Assembly (NCBI GenBank): GCA_039804445.1
Contig: JBDLWE010000022.1
Location: forward strand, 1-47,769
Reading direction: 5' to 3'
Length of the DNA: 47,769 nucleotides
Source of the DNA: Bacteroidota bacterium
GTDB lineage: Bacteria; Bacteroidota; Bacteroidia; Flavobacteriales; Flavobacteriaceae
Every line of letters begins with the position of its first letter. Within the stretch, counting starts at the first letter, position 1. The position numbers and the translations under genes are program-made. Below, one piece after another: positions 1 to 9,320 of this stretch. Below the pieces are notes generated by a model. The model searched no databases. It was given only the letters and a program-made list of their open reading frames with translations, and was not told the origin of the DNA.

Positions 1-632
1 CGAAGTTCTTGACCGCTGTCGATACTTATTTTAAGTGTTTTTGCATCTAAATTAAAATAGTTGAAAATAGTCGAATCATAATGTGACGAAACATTGAAGG
101 CGGTGGTTGCCAAAAATTTTCTGTTGGCCAAAGTGGTTTCACCGTTTTGGTTTTCTAAAATATTTTGAAGAAATTCGTACTGATTTACAGATGGAACAAT
201 AACGGTATCGTTAAAATTTTTGGCTGCTGCTCGAATGAGCGATATGCCGCCAATGTCAATTTTTTCTATTATATTTTGTTCTGATTCGCCAGACGAAACT
301 GTTTTTTCAAAGGGGTATAAATCGACAATTACAAGGTCTATCTGCGGAATAGCATGTTGTTGCATTTGCTGAATATCGGTTGGGTTTTCTTGCCGATTGA
401 GAATGCCACCAAAGATTTTTGGGTGCAAGGTTTTGACACGACCACCAAGAATTTCGGGAAAATCTGTGATAGATTCTACTGGCGTTACCGCAATGCCAAG
501 ATTTTTGATAAAGGTTTGGGTGCCACCTGTAGAATATATTGTAACATTTTGTGCGTTGAGTAGTCTAACGATTGGTTCGAGTCCGTCTTTGTAGAAAACA
601 GAAATGAGCGCAGAGGTGATTTTTTTGGTCAT
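1..632 (-). CDS. purH: Bifunctional AICAR formyltransferase/IMP cyclohydrolase, N-terminal part; runs off the window edge
   Basis: Not in the ORF track. Manual translation from ATG 632: MTKKITSALISVFYKDGL...STGGT...GGRVKTLHPKIFGGIL...EKIDIGGISLIRAAAKNF, the PurH MGS-like domain motifs. Confidence 0.95.
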   Translation of the reverse strand, partial: MTKKITSALISVFYKDGLEPIVRLLNAQNVTIYSTGGTQTFIKNLGIAVTPVESITDFPEILGGRVKTLHPKIFGGILNRQENPTDIQQMQQHAIPQIDLVIVDLYPFEKTVSSGESEQNIIEKIDIGGISLIRAAAKNFNDTVIVPSVNQYEFLQNILENQNGETTLANRKFLATTAFNVSSHYDSTIFNYFNLDAKTLKISIDSGQEL

Positions 633-652
633 TATTTGTTTGATTTTTTTTG

Positions 653-660
653 CAAAAGTA
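653..660 (-). promoter_or_regulatory. Bacteroidota -7 promoter element for purH
   Basis: TACTTTTG (TAnnTTTG consensus) 20 nt upstream of the purH ATG. Confidence 0.65.
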
Positions 661-661
661 G

Positions 662-718
662 GTTTAAAGTTTGTAAGTTTCAAGTTTTGGGTTTCAAGTT
701 TTGGGTGAATGTTGAAAG
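662..718. repeat. Degenerate ~7-nt-period GTTTnnn tandem tract
   Basis: gtttaaa gtttgtaa gtttcaa gttttgg gtttcaa gttttgg ... Confidence 0.6.
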
Positions 719-740
719 AAAGAAACCAAGATTTTCGATA

Positions 741-816
741 GCCCCGATTGAGGCGGCATCCTTTTTTGTTGCAATCCTGATAAGGTTGCAACAAAAAAGA
801 TATAGCCGAAAGCGGG
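741..816 (+). repeat. Structured palindromic element copy A (Flavo-1-like RNA motif / REP-like)
   Basis: GCCCCGATTGAGGCGGCATCC-[14-bp stem 761-774/786-799]-ATATAGCCGAAAGCGGG; core near-identical to copy D at 34269. Confidence 0.8.
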
Positions 817-865
817 AAACCAACTGAAAAAAAAGCGTAATGATGGGCTTCAAAAAAAAATTTAG

Positions 866-2116
866 ATGAAAGTATATTTAAGGTTATTGAGCGAAAGTTT
901 TTGGTTTGCGATGGGTGCGCTGCGAAACAATAAACTGCGGACTTTTTTGTCGTTACTTGGTGTGACCATCGGAATTTTTTCGATCATTGCGGTGCTTACG
1001 GCTGTTGATTCTTTGGATAGAAAAATCAAGAAAGACTTGAGTTCGCTGGATAAAAACACGATTTATTTGTTTAGAAGTTCGTTTGGTCCGAGCGAAATTC
1101 CTGAGTGGAAACAGGACCAGTTTCCGGAGATGAAGTACGACGAGTATGTGTATTTGAAGTCGGCAATGACGCGAACGGAGACGATGGGATATCAGATTTT
1201 TACAAGAAATGAGTCAATAAAATACGAAGAAAAAATTGCAACGAATGTTAATGTTGTGCCTGTTTCTCAGGAGTTTGAAATTATTCAGCGGCTAGAGTTT
1301 GGGCAAGGCAGATTTTATAATGAAAGTGAGGCAAACTCTGGTGCGAGCGTGGTAGTTTTGGGTTTTGAAACTGCAAAATTGTTGTTTGATGATTTTAACC
1401 CTATCGGGAAAAATGTGCGCCTTTATGGGCAACGATTTACGGTTATTGGTGTTTTAAAAAAAATTGGCGATGATTCTTTTGGTGGATCCAATGACACTTC
1501 GGCGTTTGTGCCTGTAAATTTTGTGCGGAGATTGTACGGCGATAATAACCAAGGTTTGACAAACGTGATTTTGATTAAGCCAGAAAAAGGCATTGATATG
1601 GAAGCGTACAAAAGTGAATTGACTCAAAAACTTCGCAATTTTCGGGGTATGAAAGATGGTGAAATTGACAATTTTTTTATTAATGTGCTGTCTGGTTTTA
1701 CAGATTTTTTGGACGGAATTATCAGTCAAATGAATATTGTGGGTTGGGTTATTGCGGCATTTTCACTGCTTGTTGGTGGTTTTGGCATTGCTAATATTAT
1801 GTTTGTATCGGTCAAGGAACGAACCAACTTGATTGGTATTCAGAAATCACTTGGCGCAAAAAATAAGTTTATTTTGTTTCAGTTTTTGTTTGAAGCTGTG
1901 ATTTTGTGTTTGATGGGCGGTATGGTTGGTATTATTTTTGTGTGGATTATCTCGATAATTTTGACAAATGCTCTGGAATTTGAATTTATTTTGGGCTATA
2001 AAAATGTTTTATTAGGAACTGGACTTGCCGCAATTATTGGCGTTATTTCTGGGATTTTGCCAGCATTATCGGCCAGTAAATTGGATCCTGTTGAGGCGAT
2101 ACGAAGCGGAATGTAA
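866..2116 (+). CDS. ABC transporter permease, MacB/FtsX-like
   Basis: NKLRTFLSLLGVTIG start, periplasmic domain, GGFGIANIMFVSVKERTNLIGIQKSLGA, C-terminal PALSASKLDPVEAIR. Confidence 0.9.
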   Translation: MKVYLRLLSESFWFAMGALRNNKLRTFLSLLGVTIGIFSIIAVLTAVDSLDRKIKKDLSSLDKNTIYLFRSSFGPSEIPEWKQDQFPEMKYDEYVYLKSAMTRTETMGYQIFTRNESIKYEEKIATNVNVVPVSQEFEIIQRLEFGQGRFYNESEANSGASVVVLGFETAKLLFDDFNPIGKNVRLYGQRFTVIGVLKKIGDDSFGGSNDTSAFVPVNFVRRLYGDNNQGLTNVILIKPEKGIDMEAYKSELTQKLRNFRGMKDGEIDNFFINVLSGFTDFLDGIISQMNIVGWVIAAFSLLVGGFGIANIMFVSVKERTNLIGIQKSLGAKNKFILFQFLFEAVILCLMGGMVGIIFVWIISIILTNALEFEFILGYKNVLLGTGLAAIIGVISGILPALSASKLDPVEAIRSGM

Positions 2117-2188
2117 GTTTTTTAGTTTGATTGTTGTAAAGTTGGAAGGTTTACAGTTTAGGAGGTTTAAATTGTTTTGTAGGTTTAG
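2117..2188. repeat. Degenerate ~8-nt-period GTT(T) tract
   Basis: gtttttta gtttgatt gttgtaaa gttggaag gtttaca gtttagga ... Confidence 0.45.
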
Positions 2189-2205
2189 ATATATTGCTAT
2201 TATAA

Positions 2206-2237
2206 AAAAATCCCAAACTTTTCGGTTTGGGATTTTT
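2206..2237. terminator. Bidirectional intrinsic terminator between the convergent permease and accD
   Basis: AAAAATCCCAAAC-ttttcg-GTTTGGGATTTTT perfect inverted repeat. Confidence 0.85.
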
Positions 2238-2241
2238 AGGT

Positions 2242-3096
2242 TTAGCGCACTTCTCGATTTAGAATTAAATCTAAGTAAAGATTTATTTTGTCTTTGAGTT
2301 CTTTTCTGGGTGTAATGAAATCAAGGAAACCGTGGTCTAGCACAAACTCTGCGGTTTGAAAACCTTCGGGCAAATCTTTTCCGGTGGTGTCGCGCACGAC
2401 TCGCGGGCCTGCAAATCCAATAAGTGCGCCCGGTTCTGAAATATTGATATCGCCTAGCATGGCATAACTAGCTGTGGTCCCGCCTGTTGTTGGGTCGGTA
2501 CATAACGATATATAAGGTATTTGGGCATCTGCTAACTGTGCCAACTTGGCCGATGTTTTGGCCAATTGCATGAGCGAGTAAGCCGCTTCCATCATTCTGG
2601 CGCCACCAGATTTTGAAATCATAACAAACGGCATGTTGTTTTTGATAGAATGGTCTATGCCTCTTGCAATTTTTTCGCCAACTACGGCGCCCATGCTTCC
2701 GCCTATGAAGGCAAAATCCATGCAACATACCACTAAATCTCTCCCCTTAGATTTTCCGTAGGCGGTGCGAACAGCGTCTTTGAGTTTGGTTTTATCTTGA
2801 GCTTCTTTAAGCCTATCTGAATATTTTTTGGTGTCAACAAACCCAAGCGGATCTCGAGAAGTCATTTTGGCATCAAGCTCTATAAAAACATTGTTGTCAA
2901 ACAGAATCTCAAAATATTCGGCACTACCAATTCTCACATGAAAATTATCTTCGGTGCTTACCCAAAGATTTCGTGCGAGCTCGTCGGCATCAATGATTTT
3001 GCCTGTTGGCGATTTGTACCAAAGTCCTTTTGGAACGTCTTTTTTGTCTTCGGTTGCGGTGGTAATTCCTTTTGTTGTGCGTTTAAACCAGCTCAT
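2242..3096 (-). CDS. accD: Acetyl-CoA carboxylase carboxyltransferase beta subunit
   Basis: [48 protein letters not shown] motifs. Confidence 0.97.
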   Translation of the reverse strand: MSWFKRTTKGITTATEDKKDVPKGLWYKSPTGKIIDADELARNLWVSTEDNFHVRIGSAEYFEILFDNNVFIELDAKMTSRDPLGFVDTKKYSDRLKEAQDKTKLKDAVRTAYGKSKGRDLVVCCMDFAFIGGSMGAVVGEKIARGIDHSIKNNMPFVMISKSGGARMMEAAYSLMQLAKTSAKLAQLADAQIPYISLCTDPTTGGTTASYAMLGDINISEPGALIGFAGPRVVRDTTGKDLPEGFQTAEFVLDHGFLDFITPRKELKDKINLYLDLILNREVR

Positions 3097-3228
3097 TTTT
3101 TTTAATTAAATAGTGTACGACTAATTACCACTGTGTATCTTCGATTGTAGTTCTCATTGTTTCAAGGTTATTCATAAACACAAATTTAGTAGTTAAAAAT
3201 TTATTTAGATATAAAAAATTGATAATTT

Positions 3229-3783
3229 TCAGATTATTTCAGTTGCTAAAGAATTCCCAAAAACAAATCGCCCTTCTTTTAAACAACTTAAATCATTAAA
3301 TTGCATGCTAAATGTTTTTGAAATATTTGATAATCCGTGTTTTACTGATACTTTTACCTCAAGACTTTGATTATTTTCAGAATTTAAAATATTCTCAATA
3401 TTTTCGTTAAGAATACGAACCTTAACAGCATGAGGAGCAAAATGAGTTTTTTCAATTTCTTTATTCGAACATTTTTTGGAGATAGTTTGCCATTCTGCAG
3501 TTGAAACTTTTACCTTTCTATGTGATTCGTTCAGAACTCTCGAATTACTAGTGGCCTTTGATTCTGTTTTTTCCCACATTTCAACTTTGATATCATTTAC
3601 AGGACATTTTGTTTCGTTTATAAACTTAAAAACGTAGTCATAACTATTATCATTTTTTATTTTAACTACAAATGGCGAGATAATAATTTTTGGTTTGAGT
3701 ATCTAGAAGATAATGTAAATAGCGATCAACGATGCAATAACATCACAAATTATATTTAAAAAAAAATTCAAAACTTCAGTCAT
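3229..3783 (-). pseudogene. Orphan protein (~184 codons) with an N-terminal transmembrane helix, interrupted by one in-frame TAG
   Basis: ATG 3783 overlaps the fbaA stop (TAATG). Reads MTEVLNFFLNIICDVIASLIAIYIIF*ILKPKIIISPFVVK... (TAG at 3705-3703) and continues in frame into track ORF 3229..3579. Confidence 0.7.
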
Positions 3784-4850
3784 TACAAAGTATTCACATT
3801 ATTCAAATCGGCAAATGCTTGCTCAAGTCTGGCATTAAAAGTTGCCTCGCCTTCTCTGAGCCATTTTCGTGGGTCATAATGTTTTTTATTTGGACTATCT
3901 GGACCATCTGGACTTCCGATTTGAGTTTTTAAATAATCGATATTATTGACCATGTAGTCTCTAATACCTTCTGTAAAAGCAAATTGCAAATCGGTATCGA
4001 TGTTCATTTTGATAACACCATACGAAATTCCTTCTCTAATTTCTTCTAATGTAGAACCTGAACCTCCATGAAAAACAAAATCTACAGGATTGTGACCTGT
4101 ATTGAATTTATTTTGAACATAATCTTGAGAATTTTTCAAGATTTTTGGCGTAAGTTTCACGTTTCCTGGCTTATAAACTCCGTGAACGTTTCCAAAAGCA
4201 GCCGCAATGGTGAATCGTGGCGAAACTTTCAATAACTCTTCATAAGCATAAGCGACTTCATCGGGTTGTGTGTATAATTTTGAACTATCAACATCAGAAT
4301 TATCAACGCCGTCTTCTTCGCCGCCTGTAATACCGAGTTCTATTTCAAGGGTCATTCCCATTTTTGCCATTCTAGCCAAATACGTCTTGCAAATTTCGAT
4401 ATTTTCGTGCAATGGTTCTTCCGAAAGGTCAATCATGTGCGATGAATATAGCGGTTTTCCTGTTGTAGCAAAATGTTTTTCAGATGCATCAAGCAAGCCA
4501 TCTATCCAAGGTAAAAGTTTTTTGGCACAATGGTCTGTGTGCAAAATCACGGTTGCGCCATAGGCTTCTGCAAGTGCGTGAATGCTTAGTGCGCCGGCAA
4601 TTCCGCCTGCAATAGCTGCCTGCTCGTTGGTGTTTTTAAGTCCTTTTCCGGCATTAAACTGTGCGCCACCGTTTGAAAACTGAATGATTACCGGTGCTTT
4701 TAATTTTGCAGCAGTTTCTAGAACACCATTTATTGTGCTAGAACCTATGACGTTTACAGCAGGAAGCGCAAATCCTTTTTCTTTTGCGTATGCAAAAATT
4801 GCTTGAACTTCGTCGCCTGTCGCAACACCCGGTTTTATGTTATGAGCCAT
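3783..4850 (-). CDS. fbaA: Class II fructose-bisphosphate aldolase
   Basis: HTDHC, SSHMIDLS, AFGNVHGVYKPG, FVFHGGSGS, KMNIDTD motifs. Confidence 0.97.
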   Translation of the reverse strand: MAHNIKPGVATGDEVQAIFAYAKEKGFALPAVNVIGSSTINGVLETAAKLKAPVIIQFSNGGAQFNAGKGLKNTNEQAAIAGGIAGALSIHALAEAYGATVILHTDHCAKKLLPWIDGLLDASEKHFATTGKPLYSSHMIDLSEEPLHENIEICKTYLARMAKMGMTLEIELGITGGEEDGVDNSDVDSSKLYTQPDEVAYAYEELLKVSPRFTIAAAFGNVHGVYKPGNVKLTPKILKNSQDYVQNKFNTGHNPVDFVFHGGSGSTLEEIREGISYGVIKMNIDTDLQFAFTEGIRDYMVNNIDYLKTQIGSPDGPDSPNKKHYDPRKWLREGEATFNARLEQAFADLNNVNTL

Positions 4851-4893
4851 GATTTCATTAATTTGTTAAGTTGCAAAAATAATAATTATAGTA

Positions 4894-7437
4894 TTAGAAC
4901 GGATAATTTATACCAATATTTAGCACGGTTTTAGAAAAATTAAAATCTCGAAACCATCGTTGATCTTCTTCATACGACGGATTGTAGGCTTTATAGCCCA
5001 AATCTACCCTAAAAACAAAGAAATTCAAATCATATCGAAAACCTAAACCCGAACCAACTGCCATGTTTTTTAAAGATTGTAATCCTTCAAACATTGAAGG
5101 TTTGTCACGAACGTCGTCAAAAACATTCCAAATATTTCCGGCATCAACAAAAAGTGCGCCTTTGAGATCGTTCAGAATTTTGAATCTAAATTCGGCACTA
5201 GTAGTAATTTTTAGGTTTGCCTCATTAAATTCATTGATTGAACCACTTGCGCCTGACCCAAGACTGTATGGTTGCCAAGCGCGCATATCGTTTGAACCAC
5301 CAGCAAAATAGGATCTCGAAAACGGAATATTGCTTGAATTTCCGTAAGGCACAGCAAGACCAAAAAAGCCACGAATGGCAAATACTTTTTCGTTTTGCAG
5401 ATCCCAATGTTTTATAAATTCAAGTTCAGTTTTGATAAATTGTGAATATTCGATGTTAAAAATTTTCTTTTTGTTTTGACTATCATCAATTTCTGCAGTT
5501 GCTGCCGCAAATAATGACAGTACGTTTCCGGCGGCTTCGATTTTTGTTTTAAATGTATAAAACTGACTATCGGTATTGCTGCTTCTTGTTGTTTTTGAAA
5601 ACGAATAAGAAGTTGATAAAATCAAGTTGTTTTCAGTCAATCGTTGTCGACGTTTTTCGATACTTCTTATACTTTTAAAAACTTCGGCAGGAACGGCCGT
5701 TACGTCATTAAGCACGTCGGCTATAAAGTTGTTTGAGCCACCAGATGCAATAGTGAGATTTCCGTTTTGGTCAACATTGCCGGGGTTTGTGTTATAAACC
5801 GCAGCAAAATCATTTAGTAAATTATAAGATGACCGATAGACATTAAAATAGTTTGTGACATTAATATTGTTTACATATTGCATATTAAAAAAGTCGAACC
5901 GTGCAGTATTATTGCGTTTAGGTGTCCAACTATAAAACATTGCACCCGTAAAATTTTCTTTGTCAAGACCAATATTTTCTTGTTTTGTAAAACCAAGATT
6001 TACTGTGGTAGACGGAATCATGGCTTTAGAAATAATTCTGTCGGTGTAAATTGGAAATAATATTCGAGGAAAATTGAGTTTCAGGTCAATTCCGTATTCC
6101 AAAATATTAAAAAAATTATTATTTGGATTGGCTAAATCTCTCGAAAATCCCGGGTTTGCTCGAATACCCAAATCAAATGTTTCGGCTTTGTTAAAAACAT
6201 TTCTAACGCCTAACGTGACGCCCGCCGCAAGACCAAATTGCTGAATATTAGAATGTAACAAATCTGTACTCCATCCAAAGCTGTATTTCTTTTTTGGGCT
6301 AAGAACAATTTTTGCAATCAATACTTTATCATTTTTTGGATCTGAAAGATATGAAATCGAAGGAAAATTAAAAATGCGCAAATTGGTTAAATACCTTCGT
6401 GAAAGATTGTCACGAATATCAGAATAAAAATTCCCTTGGTTTATAAAAATTGCATCTGTAATGGCTTTTGGTTTGTATTTTAGTTTTCCGTAACTGTATA
6501 AATGAAAATTTTTATAAACCACCGAATCGGTTATGGTTCGAAATTTTTCGCTTGGCAAATTGGTAAAAATATTAACTCTCGAAATTTTGTAAAGCACAAA
6601 TGGCATAGAATTTAGTGTGTCATTTGTTCGGACTTGCTGATTTTTTATTCGAAGCAAAACATTGGTTTTGTTGCCCGTGCCAATAGTATCTAGATCAAAA
6701 AGCACATTACTTGGTTGAAATTCATAAGCTCCGCTATTACGAAAAAGCGTTGCAATTCTATTTTTTTCGTCTTCAAAATTACTGCCGTTATATGGTCTTC
6801 CTGATTTTATTTCTGATAGATTTTTGGCTGATTTGTACAAAGAGTCTAATGCAGAAGTTTCAATCGCTGTATTTATAGAATCTATTATAGAGGCTTGCCC
6901 ACGGTTGATTTCATAATTTAATTTCGTACGTTTTATGCCTATACTACCTGCTTTAACTATTACTTTGGCATTAAAAAAACCTTGATTAAAAAAGTATGAC
7001 TTTATTCTTGCCGCCGATTTTTCTGTTTTTTTTTCGTCAAGAATTGTTGGTGGTTCACCATTTTTTATTAAAAATTTATGAAATCCTGAATATAAAAATG
7101 ATTCGCCTTTTCGTTTCACTTGCTTTTCTGAAAGCAGCCAAGACTGATTTTTGAGTTTATCAGGATTTTTCAGAAAATCATCTTTATAAAGTGAATCTGC
7201 ATTTTGTTTGGCAAGATTAAACAGATTTAGTCTTGTTTTGTAACCAAATATGGCGGTGTTTGGTTTTTGCACCAACAAATTTTCTACCAACAAATCTGTA
7301 CCAGGTTTACCATCAATCAAAATTTGATTTTTAACCAAAAGTTGCTTTGCCTCAGGAACATTTTTTATGGCATTGCATGCGCAAATAAAAATTCCTATTC
7401 CGATAAATAATGATATTTTTGTAAACGGGCTTTTCAA
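4894..7437 (-). CDS. tamL: Omp85/BamA-TamA family outer-membrane lipoprotein (TamL type)
   Basis: POTRA-like repeats, YFAGGSNDMRAW, C-terminal GINYPF. Likely TTG start at 7437 (LKSPFTKISLFIGIGIFICAC lipobox), with a TACTTTTG promoter at 7466-7459. Confidence 0.85.
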   Translation of the reverse strand: MKSPFTKISLFIGIGIFICACNAIKNVPEAKQLLVKNQILIDGKPGTDLLVENLLVQKPNTAIFGYKTRLNLFNLAKQNADSLYKDDFLKNPDKLKNQSWLLSEKQVKRKGESFLYSGFHKFLIKNGEPPTILDEKKTEKSAARIKSYFFNQGFFNAKVIVKAGSIGIKRTKLNYEINRGQASIIDSINTAIETSALDSLYKSAKNLSEIKSGRPYNGSNFEDEKNRIATLFRNSGAYEFQPSNVLFDLDTIGTGNKTNVLLRIKNQQVRTNDTLNSMPFVLYKISRVNIFTNLPSEKFRTITDSVVYKNFHLYSYGKLKYKPKAITDAIFINQGNFYSDIRDNLSRRYLTNLRIFNFPSISYLSDPKNDKVLIAKIVLSPKKKYSFGWSTDLLHSNIQQFGLAAGVTLGVRNVFNKAETFDLGIRANPGFSRDLANPNNNFFNILEYGIDLKLNFPRILFPIYTDRIISKAMIPSTTVNLGFTKQENIGLDKENFTGAMFYSWTPKRNNTARFDFFNMQYVNNINVTNYFNVYRSSYNLLNDFAAVYNTNPGNVDQNGNLTIASGGSNNFIADVLNDVTAVPAEVFKSIRSIEKRRQRLTENNLILSTSYSFSKTTRSSNTDSQFYTFKTKIEAAGNVLSLFAAATAEIDDSQNKKKIFNIEYSQFIKTELEFIKHWDLQNEKVFAIRGFFGLAVPYGNSSNIPFSRSYFAGGSNDMRAWQPYSLGSGASGSINEFNEANLKITTSAEFRFKILNDLKGALFVDAGNIWNVFDDVRDKPSMFEGLQSLKNMAVGSGLGFRYDLNFFVFRVDLGYKAYNPSYEEDQRWFRDFNFSKTVLNIGINYPF

Positions 7438-7476
7438 AACAGGATTTAAAAATTTATTCAAAAGTACATTATTTCT

Positions 7477-8208
7477 ATGGTTACAAAAAATCAAATAAAA
7501 ATAATTGCCGAATTGCATCAAAAAAAATACCGTCAATTATACAATTTATTCATTGCTGAGGGACAAAAATGCATTTCAGAATTATTGAACTCAGATTTTG
7601 AGCTACTTTTTTTGTATGAATCCGAATCTGTTTTCAATGCTTTTAATTTTGCTGAAAAGCATATAATTTCTCAAAACGAACTCAAAAAAATGTCGGCACT
7701 TACAAATCCTAATAATTGTTTGGCCGTTTTTAGAATAAAAAAAACAGAAGACATTGTTCAGAAAAACACAATTGTTGCACTCGACAATATTTCTGATCCA
7801 GGAAATTTGGGAACAATCATTAGGCTTTGCGACTGGTTTGGCATTAAAGATTTGGTTTGCAGCCAGTCGACGGTAGATTTGTATAATCCAAAAGTCGTAC
7901 AGGCTAGTATGGGCTCGCTCACGAGAGTGAATGTGAGCTATGTAAATTTGCAAACCTTTTTGATAGAAACGTCTTTACCAATTTTTGGAACTTTTACAGA
8001 TGGCAATAATGTCTATACTACAAAACTTCCTAAAGATTCAGTTTTATTAATGGGCAACGAAGGAAATGGCATATCTACCGAAATTGCAAATCTTGTTTCT
8101 AAAAAACTGTCGATACCGCGCTTTGGAGCAATTCAATCTACCGAAAGTTTGAATGTTGCAACAGCAACAGCCATTTTTTTGAGTGAATTTAAACGCAATT
8201 CGAACTAA
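7477..8208 (+). CDS. TrmH/SpoU family RNA methyltransferase
   Basis: LDNISDPGNLGTIIR, MGNEGNGIS and ESLNVATA SPOUT motifs. Confidence 0.93.
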   Translation: MVTKNQIKIIAELHQKKYRQLYNLFIAEGQKCISELLNSDFELLFLYESESVFNAFNFAEKHIISQNELKKMSALTNPNNCLAVFRIKKTEDIVQKNTIVALDNISDPGNLGTIIRLCDWFGIKDLVCSQSTVDLYNPKVVQASMGSLTRVNVSYVNLQTFLIETSLPIFGTFTDGNNVYTTKLPKDSVLLMGNEGNGISTEIANLVSKKLSIPRFGAIQSTESLNVATATAIFLSEFKRNSN

Positions 8209-8212
8209 ATCT

Positions 8213-9133
8213 ATGATAAAAAAAACGTTTTATTCTAACGGAAAACTTCTTATCACCGCGGAATATGTTGTTCTTGATGGCGCAAAAGCCCTTGCTTTGC
8301 CTACAAAGTTTGGACAATATTTGACGGTAGAAAAAACTAAATCAAACTTGATTCATTGGAAAAGTCATGATTTTGATAAAACAGTTTGGTTTTCTATCGA
8401 AATCAATTTGCAAGAAATTATTTCAAATTTTTCTAAAAATGAAGACGGCGTTTCTCACAAATTAATAGAAATTTTGCATCACGCCAATACTTTAAATCCA
8501 GATATTTTAAAAAATTTCGAAGGATTTCAAATCACTACCTCGCTCACATTTCCAAGAAAATGGGGACTTGGTACATCATCAACACTATTGCACAACGTTG
8601 CACAATGGTTTGAAATTGATGCGTTTGAACTGCTCAACAGAAGTTTTGGTGGCAGTGGATATGATATTGCTTGCGCAAAATATAACCTACCAATTTTGTA
8701 TTCATTAAAAAATAACAAACCCACTATAGATTTAATAAATTTTAGACCGTTGTTTTCAAGCAAATTATTTTTTGTATATCTAAATAAAAAACAAAACAGC
8801 AATCAAGCAATTGCAAATTATCGAACATTAAAATTTAATAAAAATTCTGTTGTTGATACAATTTCAAATATCACAAATCAATTAATTCAAGAAGATTTAC
8901 AATTTGACAGATTTTGCGAATTACTAATACTTCATGAAAAAATCATAGCAGGTTTTCTAAATTTACTACCGATTCATCAAGAATATTTTGCAGATTTTAC
9001 AGGCGTTGTTAAAAGCCTTGGTGCTTGGGGCGGTGATTTTGTTTTGGTAGCATCGCATGAGAATCCTACCGACTATTTTTTAAGCAAAGGCTATGAAACT
9101 GTTTTGGGTTTTGATGAAATGATTTTGCTGTAA
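8213..9133 (+). CDS. GYDIA-family GHMP kinase (mevalonate-pathway kinase candidate)
   Basis: GKLLITAEY, PRKWGLGTSS, GGSGYDIAC, KSLGAWGGDF; ATG 8213 preferred over the track start. Confidence 0.88.
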   Translation: MIKKTFYSNGKLLITAEYVVLDGAKALALPTKFGQYLTVEKTKSNLIHWKSHDFDKTVWFSIEINLQEIISNFSKNEDGVSHKLIEILHHANTLNPDILKNFEGFQITTSLTFPRKWGLGTSSTLLHNVAQWFEIDAFELLNRSFGGSGYDIACAKYNLPILYSLKNNKPTIDLINFRPLFSSKLFFVYLNKKQNSNQAIANYRTLKFNKNSVVDTISNITNQLIQEDLQFDRFCELLILHEKIIAGFLNLLPIHQEYFADFTGVVKSLGAWGGDFVLVASHENPTDYFLSKGYETVLGFDEMILL

Positions 9134-9166
9134 CCTACGTTTTTTTGTCTGCAAATATTTTTTTTT

Positions 9167-9198
9167 TGCCACAGATTAATAAGATTGGCACAGATTTT
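9167..9198 (+). repeat. GCCACAGATT-family dispersed repeat
   Basis: TGCCACAGATTAATAAGATTGGCACAGATTTT; matches 11523-11555. Confidence 0.65.
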
Positions 9199-9263
9199 AG
9201 AAAAAATAGATCGGTGAACCTGCGCTGACAATCTGGAGTAAATTGCACTATAGATTAAATACG

Positions 9264-9303
9264 AAAAAAGCCAAATCAACAATTTGTCGATTTGGCTTTT
9301 TTT
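9264..9303. terminator. Bidirectional terminator between the GYDIA kinase and the PPIase
   Basis: AAAAAAGCCAAATC...GATTTGGCTTTTTTT. Confidence 0.85.
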
Positions 9304-9320
9304 AGTAATTGATAATATTT

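Noticed and set aside
741-816. Structured element as a hammerhead or other known ribozyme, or as a simple terminator
   Set aside because: No CUGAnGA/GAAA hammerhead core. The T-run precedes the stem and conserved flanks extend beyond it, which a terminator does not need.
354-827. Short track ORFs 354..563, 397..594, 636..827 and the many other 60-140 aa ORFs overlapping long genes
   Set aside because: They are antisense or off-frame shadows of purH and other well-supported genes, or read through repeat DNA; no recognisable motifs.
7438-7536. Track start of tamL at 7536 (likewise mvaD 24555, nuoG 31110, GYDIA kinase 8183, DUF4160 28965)
   Set aside because: These extensions overlap neighbouring genes or promoters, or add non-homologous leaders; downstream starts fit the lipobox, family N-termini and TAnnTTTG positions.
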